Source: Massalongia carnosa (lineage: Eukaryota). Taken from it: a stretch of 64,000 bases of DNA. The stretch lies in contig OZ287070.1 of NCBI GenBank assembly GCA_965645245.1, positions 2,790,001-2,854,000 on the forward strand, given 5' to 3'. Numbering within the stretch: the stretch's first letter is position 1; each line of letters starts with the position of its first letter. Under the pieces are notes generated by a model. That model had not been told where the DNA came from and made no database searches. It worked only from the letters and a program-made list of their open reading frames with translations. Below, in pieces: positions 31,489 through 44,627 of this stretch. Made by a program: the position numbers and the translations under genes.

Positions 31489-34400
31489 ATGGCGGACCAA
31501 CGCGACTCCACAGACCCTAATACACCAGCAAGTATGACCAGCCCTTCCCCTCCTTCCTCTTCATCTTCTGGCCCCGATGGGCAGTATACAAAAGCGGTAA
31601 GGAAAGGGGATATAAAGGTAGAGCCCAAGCTAGGTGCCGATAATTATTTAACCTGGGCGGAAGAGATGTGGATTCAGCTTAAATCTATGAGAGTCCTCAA
31701 GTTAGTAGAAGGAAAAACCCCTCAACCAGATACAGTAACCCGACCAAAAGACTTTGACGAATGGGACCACGATGATACCAACACATTGAAATGGATACGG
31801 GCCAACTGTGAGAAAAGCCAATTGACTCACCTTCGAAACAAAACAACATCCAAAGCCGCCTGGGACGCTCTAAAGAAGGTCCATGGAGTCCACGCCAGAG
31901 GAAGAATCAACTATTTATTGAAGCGATTCTATACCTACAAGGCTGGATCCAGCGACTCTATCGATGATATAGCAGGGGCCCTTGAGACCTTACGAGTCCA
32001 GATTGCGGACATAAAATCGGAGTTTGAGCCTCACGATGCGTTGATGGCCATAGCCCTGATGAGTGCCGTGGAGGACCCTGCATTTGATACAACAAAGCTT
32101 TTATTGGAACGGGAACCCGAGCTTACCTTGGAAGCAACTAAGGAGGCCTTGAAAGCGACGGAGCAGCGACTAAAATTCGAAAAGGATGACTCTGTCGAGG
32201 ATGCCCATCGAGCGGATGCAAAAAAGGGTAAAGGGCCACCAAAGAAGTGCGACCATTGCGGGAAACTTGGACATATCCGAATCTATTGCTGGAGCTGGCT
32301 CGATGACACCGACGAAGGCCAGGAATGGGAATGCACCCATCCTGAGCAACGGAGGAAACCGAAGTCCAAATCCGAAACATCAAAACCTGTACCCAAATTG
32401 AAATCACGGAGTACCACTAGGCCTACCTCCACGAGCAATACCAGTTCTTCCAACTTCAGTGGCCGAAGCAAAGGCACTGCCCGGCCGGCCAATGAAGAGG
32501 ACTTTGACGATGGTGCCAGTGAGGATGAGGGGTGGATGGCCGTGGATATAAAAGAGGAGGTTATTGATGAGAAAGTTGAAAAATTAGAAGAAATTTTTGA
32601 AGTCCGTGAAGGTGCAGAGGATAAAACTAGTGGCTGGATGCTAGACTCTGGTGCTTCACGTCATATGACCTATATGCGAAATATCTTCACGAAATTCGAA
32701 TACCACCGCACCCCAATTCGAATTGCTAATGGCCAGAGGCTTTGGAGCAAGGGTAAGGGTGATATTTCTGTGGATATCGATGGTGTTGCCATTCGCATGA
32801 CCGACGTTTTATACGTACCCCAACTGGATGCAAATCTACTGTCTATTTCGGCATTAAACAAAAAGGGGTTAAATGTCTTGTTTCATGGAGAAGGTGTGGA
32901 GATCCTGCGGAAGGGTACCTCAGTGGCCAGCGGTTTTCTTAGAGGACGTACGTATTTCTTGCGGACCTCTCAGGTTGCCTTACAGGCATTCGCGGAAATC
33001 AGCGAAAATATCGAGGAAGCCAACCCCGAAGATCCTAAATCGTCGAACAAGCCTACAATAACAGCAAGAGATTGCACGCGAGAAAAATCGGTATCACCTG
33101 TAGGTCAAGAAAGGCCAGAAGAGCGTGAATACAGGCTGTGGCACGCCCGAATGGGTCACCCCAGCCCAAAACGACTCCAGGATTTATACCGCTATGCGTC
33201 TGGAATAACTTCCTTTTCACCAACTGTTACACAACTTTCATGTTCTATCTGCAACTTTACCAAGTTAACTCGAGTGGTCAGTCACGAGCCGTTTTCGAAA
33301 ACAGTCCGGCCATTGGCCAGGATTCACACGGATATCTGGGGCCCCTATCGTACGGCTAGCCTCGGAGGCCATTCGTACTTTATTTCATTGATTGATGACT
33401 TTACACGGAAGTCCTGGCTAATTCTCCTTAAAAACCGACGAACCATTTATGGAGCTATCAAAGAGTGGATCAATGTCGTTGAAAGAGAAAAGAATCAGCA
33501 GGTAATCAAATTCCGATGCGACAATGCTAAGGAGTACAAGAAATTCATGGAACTTATTCGACCCGATGGCATTCGCGCTGAACCCACTACACCGTATACT
33601 CCAGAACAGAATGGAGTTGCGGAACGATATAACCGAACAATCGTTCAAATGATTAGGTCCATGCTCGTATGGGCGAAATTGCCTCATTCCTTCTGGGGAG
33701 AAGCAGAAATGACTGCTAACTATCTCAGAAACCTCCTCCCTACCGCCAAAGTTAATCAGTCACCCGAAGAAAAATGGACGCAGCAAAACCGGCATCAGCC
33801 ATCTACGCACCTTTGGCTGCTTGGTTCACGTTCATATCCCGAAGGAAAATCGATCCAAGCTGGATAAAGTATCCTGGCAAGGAATTTTCGTCGGATATCA
33901 TCTTCAAACCAATATCGCATTTATAATCCAAAAACGAGCAAGGTAGAATGGCATACTTCAATTAAGTTCCTAGAAAATACACCCGGCGGGATCATTCTAG
34001 GAGGAGCAAAACCAAATGAGGATCGCGAGTTATTCGTACAGTCCGGCGTCACTAATGATGCTGACGACAATAGTACTGATAACGAGGATGACACAAATAA
34101 ACCTGATTCTGATCAAGTGGGAGCGCCTAAGGGTGTTCAAAATCAGGTTAGAGACGAAAATTCAGGAGGGGATTCAGGATCAAATCCTGAAAATCAGCAA
34201 GTTATCACTGATTCATCCCCTAATGCTTATCAGCGACCAGATGGTTCAACATTCCGGTCGCAAAATCATAATCGAAACTCTTCCACCCCTACGAACCCTT
34301 CCACTTCCGTATCTTCATCAACCATCAAGTCTTCTTCTTCCACTATACAAACCTCTGCTAATAAGCCTACTCGTCGATCAACGCGGGAGCGAAAGCCATT

Positions 34401-36060
34401 CGATAAGTACGGCTTCGATAAAGCACACGGGCATATAGCTCGGAAAGCAGACATGGACACAAACCTAGACCAGAGTGGTCACAAGCAAGTTTATCAAACC
34501 CCCAAGCTATCCGAACCCCGCTCCTATAAAGAAGCCATCAAATGCATTGACTGGCGTAAATGGCTAATAGCAATAGACGAGGAGCTTTGTGCCCTCATTG
34601 CTAATGGCACATGGGAGTATTGTAAACGGCCGCATGGCAGAAATATCGTGACGTCCAAATGGGTATTCAAGATAAAATATACGGTCAACAATTTCATAGA
34701 CCGCTACAAGGCCCGCCTAGTTGCACGAGGATATACACAAATATTCGGCCTAGATTACGAGGAGACCTTTTCACCCACACTCCGTCAGGAATCTTTGCGG
34801 ATGCTTTTGTCGCTCGCAGCATATTTCGGGTTTGAAATCGAGAAAATGGATGTTCCGAATGCCTATCTTAAAGCGGATCTAGAAGAAATTATTTACATGG
34901 AGATGCCCGAAGGCCTCATGCCACCACCAGGCTATGAAGACTGCGTATTACGACTACGGAAGGGCCTTTACGGATTGAAGCAATCCGGACGAGAGTGGAA
35001 CAAAAGAATATCTAAATTCCTACGTTCTATTGGCTATAAGACCCTCACAGGCGATAATTGCGTCTTTGTCAACCAAACCTCGCACGTAATCATCGCGTTG
35101 TACGTAGATGATTTACTAATTTTCTCAAAGAGCAAGACAGCGATCAAAGATGTCAAAAAGCTATTAAATCGTGAGTACAAAATGAAAGACCTAGGGCCAG
35201 CACAGTACGTGTTGGGTATTCGCATTCGACGTGAAGGAAAACGGGTTTTCCTCGATCAATCCAACTACATCAAGAACTTCCTTCGCGATTACCAGATGGA
35301 TAATGCCAATCCAGTACTAACACCATTAGACGGGAAAGAAAGCCTTACACCTGCAACGGCTGACGAGCCCAGAACCAATCAATTAGAATATCAGAAGCGT
35401 ATTGGCTGTGTCATGTACGCTATGGTAAGCACGAGGCCAGACCTCGCTTTTGCAGTTGGAAAACTCAGTCAGTACACGCATGATCCAGCCACGAGGCATC
35501 GAACAGCCCCTGACCGAGTCCTCAAATATCTCAAAGGGACAGCCGACCTAGCCCTCGTATACGACCATAACCGTAACGGTGATCTCATTAGCTTTGCGGA
35601 TGCCGCATACGGCGATGACGTCAATGACCGCAAGTCAACCTACGGGCATACAATGTTATTGGGCAATGGGGCAGTGATTTGGGCAAGCAAGAAGCAACGA
35701 TCAGTGGTTACGTCAACAATGGAGGCGGAATATTCATCCATGTGCCAAGCAGGCAAGGATATCGTATGGGTGACAAGGTGGATGAATGAATTGGGATTTG
35801 GCAAGCATATGAACTTCCCAATCAAGCTGAACGGTGATAATCAGGGAACCCTCGACTTGATCAGAAACCCCGAGCATCATAGCCGATCAAAACACATAGA
35901 CATCCAACTCCATTACCTTCGCGAAGTCATTAACGATGGCTATGCTTCAACTGGTCACGTATCCACACACGAGATGATAGCTGATATATTCACCAAGCCC
36001 TTGGGAGCAACCATGTTCAAAGAACTACGAGCCAAGCTTGGTGTGCAAGAGGTGGAATAA
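31489..36060 (+). pseudogene. Copia-1 Gag-Pol (Gag CCHC, protease, GAG-pre-integrase, integrase, RT, RNase H) with frameshifts near 33790-33900
   Basis: CDHCGKLGHIRIYC, WMLDSGASRHM, LWHARMGH, HTDIWGP, FRCDNAKEY, PEQNGVAER, YKARLVARG, LYVDDLL, FADAAY, SKHIDI, ADIFTK. Confidence 0.95.
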
Positions 36061-36706
36061 GAAAAGGGGAACACAGGCTCAGTGGGAGCTAATGGACCAA
36101 ATCAGATTGCACAAAACAGGTCCAACCCAAATTCAAATTGCATACGGAAGGTGAATTGACATAGATTGATAAACGGTTTAGGAGTTAGGGATATAGGTAT
36201 TTTTTCTGTTAAAATTTCTCAGCTGACTTTGCAGTGGGAGTGTTGCGAATGCCAAGCCAGCTAGATCATATCTGACGTAATATGCGAATGCCCTCGCGTA
36301 TTTTACTGATATGGGAATGGTTACATCTGAGAATTTCTGGTATCTTCGATGCTTAGAAATTCAGGTCTATAGACGTTCGAGGAGAATCTCGAATATTCTG
36401 TGATCATGTGTATATAACATCACTCCTACGCATAGCTTAGAGATCAGTCGCAATAATCTGAATTATTTCATTCATAGAAGTTCTGTACTATCCAGAGACT
36501 TCTGGCACTCTGCCACCTATTTTCTGTGCATTGGATCCATCATTCTCCATCCATCCCTCCTATTTTAAACACGGTTTAAATCGTATGACGTGTTATTGCT
36601 ACTAATAATTACCCTACTCGGTCTGATAAAGCATACCCTCACCCTCACCCTCTCTTACCATTTGCCCTTGCCTATAAGACAATCAGTGTAGAAAATATGT
36701 GATGAG

Positions 36707-38116
36707 GTGCGGAAAAAACAATTATATCAGGAGATTTTGTGCAATCAACAGCGAATACGCAATCCTAGATTGATCGATAGGAATGCTTTTACGTTACTCA
36801 TTGGGAAAATTACGCATCATGCCATTGGCCTCGTTTCAAGAGAACTCGATGCCGCCAAATCATTAGCTGAACGAATCCTCTCTATTGTCCCTGATGGTGG
36901 AAGCTGTGTTTATGGTTGTGAGTTGCCTTTAAGGTACGGTCTCCCATGCAAATGCTGGTTGTATAAATGCATCATCGACTCGGTCCCTACTCCCGTTTCC
37001 CTCATCCACCCCCGCTGCCTTTTTGATGGCCCACCTTATGCGGTCTCTTGGCAAATGACCTTCGATTTCGCTCGCGGCTCGGAGCCCGAGGTCGAAAAGA
37101 TCGTCGATGAGGTCGAAGGGACGGGAGAGATTGAGGCGGATAAGGATGAGGTCGAGCTCGAAGAAGGCGTGTTGAGTGAGGATAGATTTCGCCGCGGGGG
37201 CCTTGATTTGCTACATTCTGTGGCATATCAATCTATTGACCTGCATCAATCAATAGAAGATTCTCATCGAATGGAGGAGTACGCTCGCGAGCATGCTCAC
37301 ATCGTTGAAAAGTTCAATAAGAAATGGCAAAAGAAGGAGTTGGTAAGACCTCTCATCCCCACCACATTCCCCAACGAAATTCGGCCCAAAGAAAACCTCA
37401 TGTATAAGAAAGGAGGGAGTCGTCGACGTGCCTACACTGGTCGCGAGGCAGCTGAGGCTAGAGAAACTGAACAGCGACGTACTAGGCGAAGGGACTCTAT
37501 TGAACAAGGGAGGAGGCTTAGATATAATAGATTGCGTGCTGGGGGCGACGATGAGGTTGAAGGTGAAACAGAAGGTAATATTCACGATGTTGCAAAGTTA
37601 TTGCGCTCGGGTCGGCTAATATTGGGTACAATAGGTTTAGGAGAAAACTTAGTTATGGAGAGAATCGAAAACGCGTCTATCGTCTCCGACGACGATGACG
37701 AGGTGCAGTATATAAGCACTCAGCCCATTCTCGGTCGTTCTATGGATCCTATGCTTCCTTCGGATGACGAAAATGATATTATTCTTACATCAGAAGCCTC
37801 GTCGGATTCGCTCGAAGATATTGACGATGTGCTTGCCAAGCATAGTCAAAAAGCCCTACCTCAGACAGCGCTAGCTCCATCTCTTTATAGTCTTAGCCAA
37901 AACGTGCGCGTCAGTCAAATTCTCCCTACTTCCTCTGCAACAACGCGAAGGTCTCGGGGTGTGGCGAAGAAATCAAAGGCTCAGTTGGAGTTGGAATCTC
38001 AGCAAAGAGTCGAGAAATCAGTCAAACAGGCTAGTGCTCAAGCGAGAAAGGAAACGGCGATGAGAAGCCTAGAAAAGATGATGTATCGCAATTGGCTGAC
38101 GAGTTTTTGGAGTTGA
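36707..38116 (+). pseudogene. MULE-2 transposase C-terminal part (SWIM-like finger plus low-complexity tail); catalytic N-terminal half deleted
   Basis: LIGKITHHAIGLV, CVYGCELPLRYGLPCKCWL, SLIHPRCLF; lies between the MULE-2 TIRs. Confidence 0.72.
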
Positions 38117-38308
38117 AGTAATCGCAATCGGTAGATTTGTAGGTGTGGAATACACTTAGTCAGTAACAGCAACATTATTAATACGTGGTGTAACTGCTAG
38201 CTTGTACGCACCCTGGATGAGTAGTAAAAAGGCTGTTTACTAGTAAAGATTTACACAGGGGGGGGGGGGGGGGGGACGGTCGGGGGGGGACTGTCCCTAA
38301 GCATCTCG

Positions 38309-38597
38309 TTGGACGATTGGGGCCTATAGACTATTAGCACTATTCATATAGACTGTAGATCTTACCTTTCTCCAGCCAGCCTCTGCTCCTTGAGATGATA
38401 CCTAGTGCCCCGAAACGGCACCAAGGTGTGCTCCGTATTAGAGTATCCAGCGTCCGCAAGGAGGTACTTCTCTGGAGGGAGCCTCAATCCATGATAGGAG
38501 ACGGCATCCTTAAGGACTAGCGCATCATGCGCAGAGCCCTCCCATTCAGCAAGAATGTAGCTGAACTGTAGGTCGAACGTAGAGACAGCGAAGATGT
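38309..38597 (-). pseudogene. PIF/Harbinger DDE transposase, middle fragment
   Basis: FDLQFSYILAEWEGSAHDALVLKDA...KYLLADAGYSNTEHTLVPFRGTRYHLKE then a GT-AG intron ~38325-38365; joins the 22030-22355 piece across TSD TTGGACGAT. Confidence 0.85.
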
Positions 38598-39124
38598 CGT
38601 TTCGCGATCCATGCGAAGGTTGTCGTAGATCGATTCATATGGCGCTGATCGAGCAGTTGCTCCATCCATTACTCGCCGTAGAGACTTGACCCATTGCGCC
38701 GATTCCTTGAATTGAACTGTGTCAAATGTCAGCTATACTGGCATTAACCAACATTGGTCAACGGGCCCGTCACATGCCCGTCACATGACATTGCCACCGC
38801 GGCACAGGTAAAAATTCTTCATCCCCCACATTCTTTCTTCCTTCGGAGACATCTCTTGATCTATCCCCTGGCGGCATACCTAGCTAGAAAATCATCTATA
38901 GATCAATGCCATTCATTTCACCTCATCTGGTCAAGACGTAAATCATCTCAACTGATCATCAGGGCAAAAAGCCTCAGAGTTATGAGCCCGGATTCTCGCT
39001 TCCATCGTCTTGACCACTTCTTGAAGCTTTAAAAAAGCCACCTTTTGGCACTTATTCAGAAGCCATCACTTGGCACCTTCAGCATTTTTCGAAATCAGCC
39101 CTTTTTCGAAATACAATATCAGCA

Positions 39125-42100
39125 ATGTCGGCATCGCCCAGAAAAATCGTCTTGGCAAAATCGGCCGACTGGAGAACATGGTTTTCCTTCATCCAGATAA
39201 AGGCAGAAAGTCTAGAAATTTGGGATGAGGTTAACCCGAATGAGCCATTTGAGGAGTCGTTAAAACGGCCAGAGATACCAAATTTTCCAATCTCGGAAAA
39301 TGATGATGATGAAGTTGAGGCAGGAAAGTATCAAATGCTTCAACTGAAAACTCAGCTATACAGATTAAAATGGGACGAATACAAAGTTCGAAAAGCAGCA
39401 CTAACTGAGCTGACATCCAACATTCTAGAAAGTCTGTCGACCGAAGACGGCGTTTATTTGGAAGACATAAACCGAAAAAGAGGACATCCATGGAAAATAC
39501 TGACGGCACTGAAGCAAAGAATTGCTCCATCTGATGCCGCCCAAATTCGGGACATTGAGACCAAATACGAGAAGCTCAAAAAGGGACCAGGAAATCAAAA
39601 TTTGGAGACATACATCGAGCAGTGGCAGAGGACATACACTGACGCCATCAATAATAAGCTTTTTTAGGCAGAGGGGCAACGAGCTCATCGACACTTTCTC
39701 ATGGCCATTCGGAAAAGGAGACTAACTTTGCCGATACCATGCTGATCAATCTAAATAGGGAGCCGGACATGGACTTCTATAAATTGCTGGAAGAATTCCG
39801 ACAATTCGTCCGGTATCAAAAAGCTGAAAAAGGGGAGTCCCATTCCGCCTTTTCTGCTAATTCCAACCAGTCTTCCTCATCTAATCAGGGACCTACATTC
39901 AATGGTCAGCGACCGGCTAGACCACCTTGCATTTGCGGCAAAGATCATGCCCTCGGTCATTGCTGGCACCTAGTGCCTGACCATCCCCGCCGACCGCACA
40001 ATTTCAAAACGAGTCCCGAAATCCAATCCCGAATCGATGACGCTATGAAGAATAAGGCATTCCGGGAGAAGGTGGAAAAATCCATACAAACCTGCAAAGA
40101 AAAAGCTAGGACTAGTCAGAATAATCAGGGGCAAAAGAATCAGGATCAGAAAGGGCAGAAAAATAACACGATACCGGAGGGTGGAAATGCCACCTTTGCA
40201 GCTTTTTGCAGCACTTCCTTTTCAGCGGCAAATAGCTTAGTCATCAAGGGGTCATGGATTCTAGATAATGGATCCAATCGGCACATTTGCAATGAGACCA
40301 TGAAATCGCGTATAGTGAAGACGCGAGATGCATCAAAAGATGACTATTTGGCAGCCGGTGCCAACTACCTAAAAATTGAATTCTACGGAACCATCAGAAT
40401 CAACATTCCTGCCCCATCTGGACCATGGATAATTACATTAGTCGACGTCGCCTACGTCCCTAGATTCATGACAAATGTCGTCGCTCAGTATTTATTCAAT
40501 GTAAAAGGGGTACACTTTGACGATTGGAAAATGCACCTGCATAGGGAAGGAAAGACTGTCGCATGGGTTAAACCACTAAATGGGCACTTCTTACTGGAAG
40601 ACAACACTGAGGGGGTGTTCAATCAGTCATTTGCAACAGGGCAAAATTCTGCTGCAGCTAAAGAGAAAGAAAATGCCAAATCTGCACCTTCCTATCAATG
40701 GCATCAGATGTTGGCACATGCGTCAAATGACGCCATTCAGCATTTACAGGCATCAGCTGAGGGGGTAAAGATTGCTGATTCAGCAGCTGCCCCTACAATT
40801 CCCAAAACCAATGAGTGCGAAACATACGCACTTTCAAAAATGCACCGAATCATCTCTAGGTCAGCGGAAAATGCCGAAACGGCAGCCCTACCTTTTCATC
40901 GAATCACATACGACTTAATCCCATTGAACCCTGCCTATAACAAAGATGAATGGGTCTCTCATTTCGCCTGCCATTGGACCGATTTTAACATGGTTTTTAC
41001 TCATCCAAAGAAATCAGATGCGACGCGGATAGTAAAAGAGGCACTTAATTTGATCGAGACTAGATTCAATGGAAAAGTAGTCTTCTTTCGGACTGACGGC
41101 GAGAAATCTTTGGGAGGTGATTTTCGAGAATTACTTATAGAAAAGGGGATTACTTACGAACCATCTGCACCTCATTCGCCGGAGCAGAATGGGCACTCAG
41201 AAAGAAAAGGGGGAATTTTGACCCTAAAAGCACGTGCTATGCGGATGGATGCAAATCTTCCTACATTTCTTTGGCCGGAAATTTTTCGGACTGCCGGCTA
41301 TATAGCAAATCGGACTCCTATGGGAAAACATCAATGGAAAACGCCATAACAGATGGTCCACAAGACCCGTCCAAACTTAGCACATTTACATGTTTATGGC
41401 TGCAAAGCTTATGCCTTAAATAAGAAAATTTCGAGGAAGGAAAAGTTGAAAGAAAGAGCTCACATCGGACATTTGGTTGATTATGATGCTCGCAACATTT
41501 TTCGCATTTGGATACCATCTCAGCGGAAGGTAATTCGGACTAGAGACGTTATTTTCGATGACAGCACTAGATACGATCCTCATGACATAGATGTCATGCA
41601 GGCAATTTCCGAGCCAATGCTGCCATTACCAGAGACGTTTGAAATTCCGAATCTTCTTACTGATTTGGCGCGAATTACCGAGGTGGAATCAGATTTAGAA
41701 GATGAGATAAATCTGCATGCGGAGCAAAACCAGCAATCTATAGAAAAAGGGCAAATGCCAGCATCTGGCAATTCCCCAAATGACTCCGCAAATGACTCCG
41801 CATCACATGACTCAGTAAAAGGCAAAACATTCGAATATTTGCCATCTCCCTTACCATCTGAAGCAACCCCGCCACCTGACCCTAAACCATCTCAAAAAGA
41901 GAAGAAAGTGATTGGTCTAGAATTGGACCAGGCAAATATCTTGCCTGAGGGGGTGAGACGGGAAAGAAAAGGCAGAAAACAGGCTTATTTCGCTGCCTTG
42001 AAAGATGCCGAAAATGGAGAAGTTATCTCCTTTAATTCCTCATTTGCAGCATTTGCAAAATCATCATTCTTTACTAAATTTTCTCAGCATCGCCTACATA

Positions 42101-43349
42101 GAGATTCCCTACCTGCGGAACCAAAGCATTTCGGTCAAATGCTGAAACATTCTCATTCCACCGGATTTCAGGAAGCAATCAAACCGGAAATAAAAGCTTT
42201 GGAAGTAAAGGGCACTTGGAAGGAAATTCCTACAAATGAGGTTATTTCGAAAGATAATGTCATCATTCCTACTATGTGGATTTTCAAATATAAATTCGAC
42301 GAAGAGGGATATTTGACCAAATACAAAGCTCGCTTAGTGGCTAGGGGTGATTTTCAGAAGACTGACCAAGACACCTACGCCGCCACTTTGGCAGCTCGCA
42401 TTTTCCGAGCATTAATGGCAATTGTAGCAACATTCGATTTGGAGACGCGACAGTATGACGCCATAAATGCATTTGCCAATAGTCCTATAGATGAGCCCAT
42501 CTATTGTAAGCCACCTGAGGGATGGCCAAAAGATAGCGGCATTTTGCTGCTTCTACAAAGGGCTCTGTATGGACTAAAACAATCTCCAGCCTTATGGTAT
42601 CGTCTTTATTCGGAAGCACTAATCGGAATGAATTTTGAGCCGATACCAGGAGCAGATTGTCTCTTCATCAGTCGGGACAAGCATTTGCTTCTTTTCTTCT
42701 TCGTAGATGACATCGTTCTTCTATACGATCGTCGTTGGACCAATCAAGCTGACGTTTTTCAGACGCAGCTATTTGACCGTTTTGAAATGCGACATTTAGG
42801 AGAATTAGAATGATTCCTAGGAATTCAGATCTCTAGGAAACGCGAAACCGGACTTTTATGGCTGTCTCAGCAGTCCTACATTGAAAAGATAATTTCAAAA
42901 TTCAATGTCAGCATTAATCTAGAAAATAAGGGACCGGCGACACCTTTACCATACGGATCAGGAATGCAATTGGTCAGAAATTCTGGTCGGGCAACAAATC
43001 AGGAAATCCATGCCTACCAGCAAAATAGTTGGATCCATCAATTTCGCCGCAGTAATAACCCGCCCGGACGTCGCATTTGCAGCTTCCAAACTGTCGGAAT
43101 TTCTAACCAACCCATCTAAATGCCATTCGGAAGCTGCCATTCGGACCCTGAAATATTTAGGGCATTCCAAAACATTGACCATTTGGTTTAACTCTTCTGA
43201 TTTTTTCGGAAACTCTGACCATTCTTCTTCTGACCAAACCATCTTTTTAGCAAGCAGCGACGCCTCATTTGCCGATGACCCCGCGACCAGATATAGTTCC
43301 CAGGGATACGGATTCAAGCTATTTAGTGGAATGATAGATTGGAAGGCGT
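39125..43349 (+). pseudogene. Copia-2 Gag-Pol, 5' part (stops at 39665, 41347, 42811; frameshift ~42960)
   Basis: CICGKDHALGHC, WILDNGSNRHIC, WHQMLAH, FRTDGE, PEQNGHSER, YKARLVARGD, FFVDDIV, SDASFADD...MIDWKA. Confidence 0.93.
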
Positions 43350-43754
43350 TGTGGAAGGAGGAACTGGGTGGTGTGCGTGGTCCACTACTGCTAGGAGTGC
43401 AAGAGAACAAACAAACAAGAGAAGAACAGAACAATAGAATAAGAGCAATAGCTAGACTGATCACTGTAAGTCTCGCGCCTCGTGCCTGATGCCTCGTGCC
43501 TGTGAACTGTATGTGTTGATGCTATGTGTTGTAGCTATTGCTACGAGCATGCTTGCTCTAAAAGGAAAAGAACTATCTATAACTAAACTAAAAGAAAACT
43601 GTCACCTGACTTCCCCGCTACTTTTACCGAGTATCAGCCGAAAAGAACCAACTCCCGAACCGCTAGCAATTTGAATTTAGAGTATCACCGCTCCACCCCC
43701 CTACATAGTTCCCCTCTCTCTTTAGGTGTCGACCCCTGACACCTATCACTGTTC

Positions 43755-44270
43755 CTACTCCAGCGTTCGCTTCATTCCGGCCTCAGCAAACACTAACTCC
43801 TCCTCATCCAGCTCGGGTCCCGGAGTCGTATCACTGTCATCAGAGATGTGAGGAATAGGCCTGCCATGTGACTCTCGCTTTAACCGAAAAGATGACCTAG
43901 TCCCAAAGTCCTCTTCCTCTGCTTTCTTCACATGCTGAAACATAATAATGGCCTCCTTTAGTGTCCGATTCCTCCATTCTCCAACTGCCCGTGACAGTTG
44001 GGCCATATCCACCTCCTCAATAACATCTTCTCGTTGAGCTTTGAACTCTTCTTCTTTCATCACCGAGGCCCAGGCATCATTCTGTATGACATAGTCATAA
44101 TAGTCCACTATGCTATCCCCTAGCATATGCTGGAACTCTATTAGCTGCGATTCTATGGTCCTCTGTCCCTCGTATCGGTCTGCTGGGGTCAATGTCTCAA
44201 GAAAAGCTAGTGCGTCTGTCATGTGGTGGAAGCGGTCATTTCCTAGGACAATGACTAATTGGAAAGACAT
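43755..44270 (-). CDS. Gypsy-2 additional ORF3 (171 aa, acidic, unknown function) between pol and the PPT
   Basis: ATG-initiated open frame, same strand as pol, ending ~30 bp before the PPT; no known motif recognised. Confidence 0.55.
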   Translation of the reverse strand: MSFQLVIVLGNDRFHHMTDALAFLETLTPADRYEGQRTIESQLIEFQHMLGDSIVDYYDYVIQNDAWASVMKEEEFKAQREDVIEEVDMAQLSRAVGEWRNRTLKEAIIMFQHVKKAEEEDFGTRSSFRLKRESHGRPIPHISDDSDTTPGPELDEEELVFAEAGMKRTLE

Positions 44271-44627
44271 GCCAAAAGATGTAAGGCAAGTAAGGTAAGA
44301 TAAATTGTTCCAAGTTATCGAGTAGCTTGCTGACTTTCGCTTAGATAAGAAGTTGAGCTTAGCAGAGATGTTTGCTGATAGGAAGATAGTATATGTGCTG
44401 ATCAGGTAGGTAGTAAAAGCTAGATAATTTGCTGAGTTCTGGTAGTATGGAAAAGGTAAAACATGGAGGTGAGGATTCGGAAGATGGCAATTTCGACTAA
44501 GGTTGGTGAAGTTTTCGGTGAATTTTGGTAAGTCTGAAATGAAACTATTCCGAAGGTTCGTGTGCTTCCTCCGCTGACAATATGCATTTTACTAAGGAAA
44601 TTCGTTCGATATAGGTAGTCGGATATG

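Larger units (their letters stand above)
22490..36571 (+). mobile_element. Copia-1 LTR retrotransposon, full length; 5' LTR (22490-22560 + 31155-31414) split by the Tc1 element; 3' LTR 36241-36571
   Basis: TGTTG...AAACA LTRs nearly identical; 5-bp TSD CGGTT at 22485-22489 and 36572-36576; PBS GGTTATGAGCCCGG 31415-31428; PPT GCAGTGGGAG before 36241. Confidence 0.96.
22356..38308 (+). mobile_element. MULE-2, internally deleted Mutator-like element swollen to 16 kb by nested insertions
   Basis: ~90-bp TIR CGAGRTGCTTAKGGACAGTCCCCCCCC-GACCGTCCCCCC-TGTGTAAAT...CTAGTAAACAGCC; 9-bp TSD TTGGACGAT at 22347-22355 and 38309-38317. Confidence 0.92.

Noticed and set aside
38257..38290. Poly-G run as assembly artefact or standalone repeat
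   Set aside because: It is the expanded G tract of the MULE-2 right TIR, mirrored by the C tracts at 22375-22395
42958..43674. Hydrophobic signal-peptide-like ORFs (MISLAIALILLF..., also 52994..53290)
   Set aside because: Arise inside the Gypsy-2 LTRs and run into unrelated flanking sequence in each copy
43755..44270. Calling Gypsy-2 ORF3 an envelope gene
   Set aside because: No signal peptide, furin site or transmembrane anchor visible
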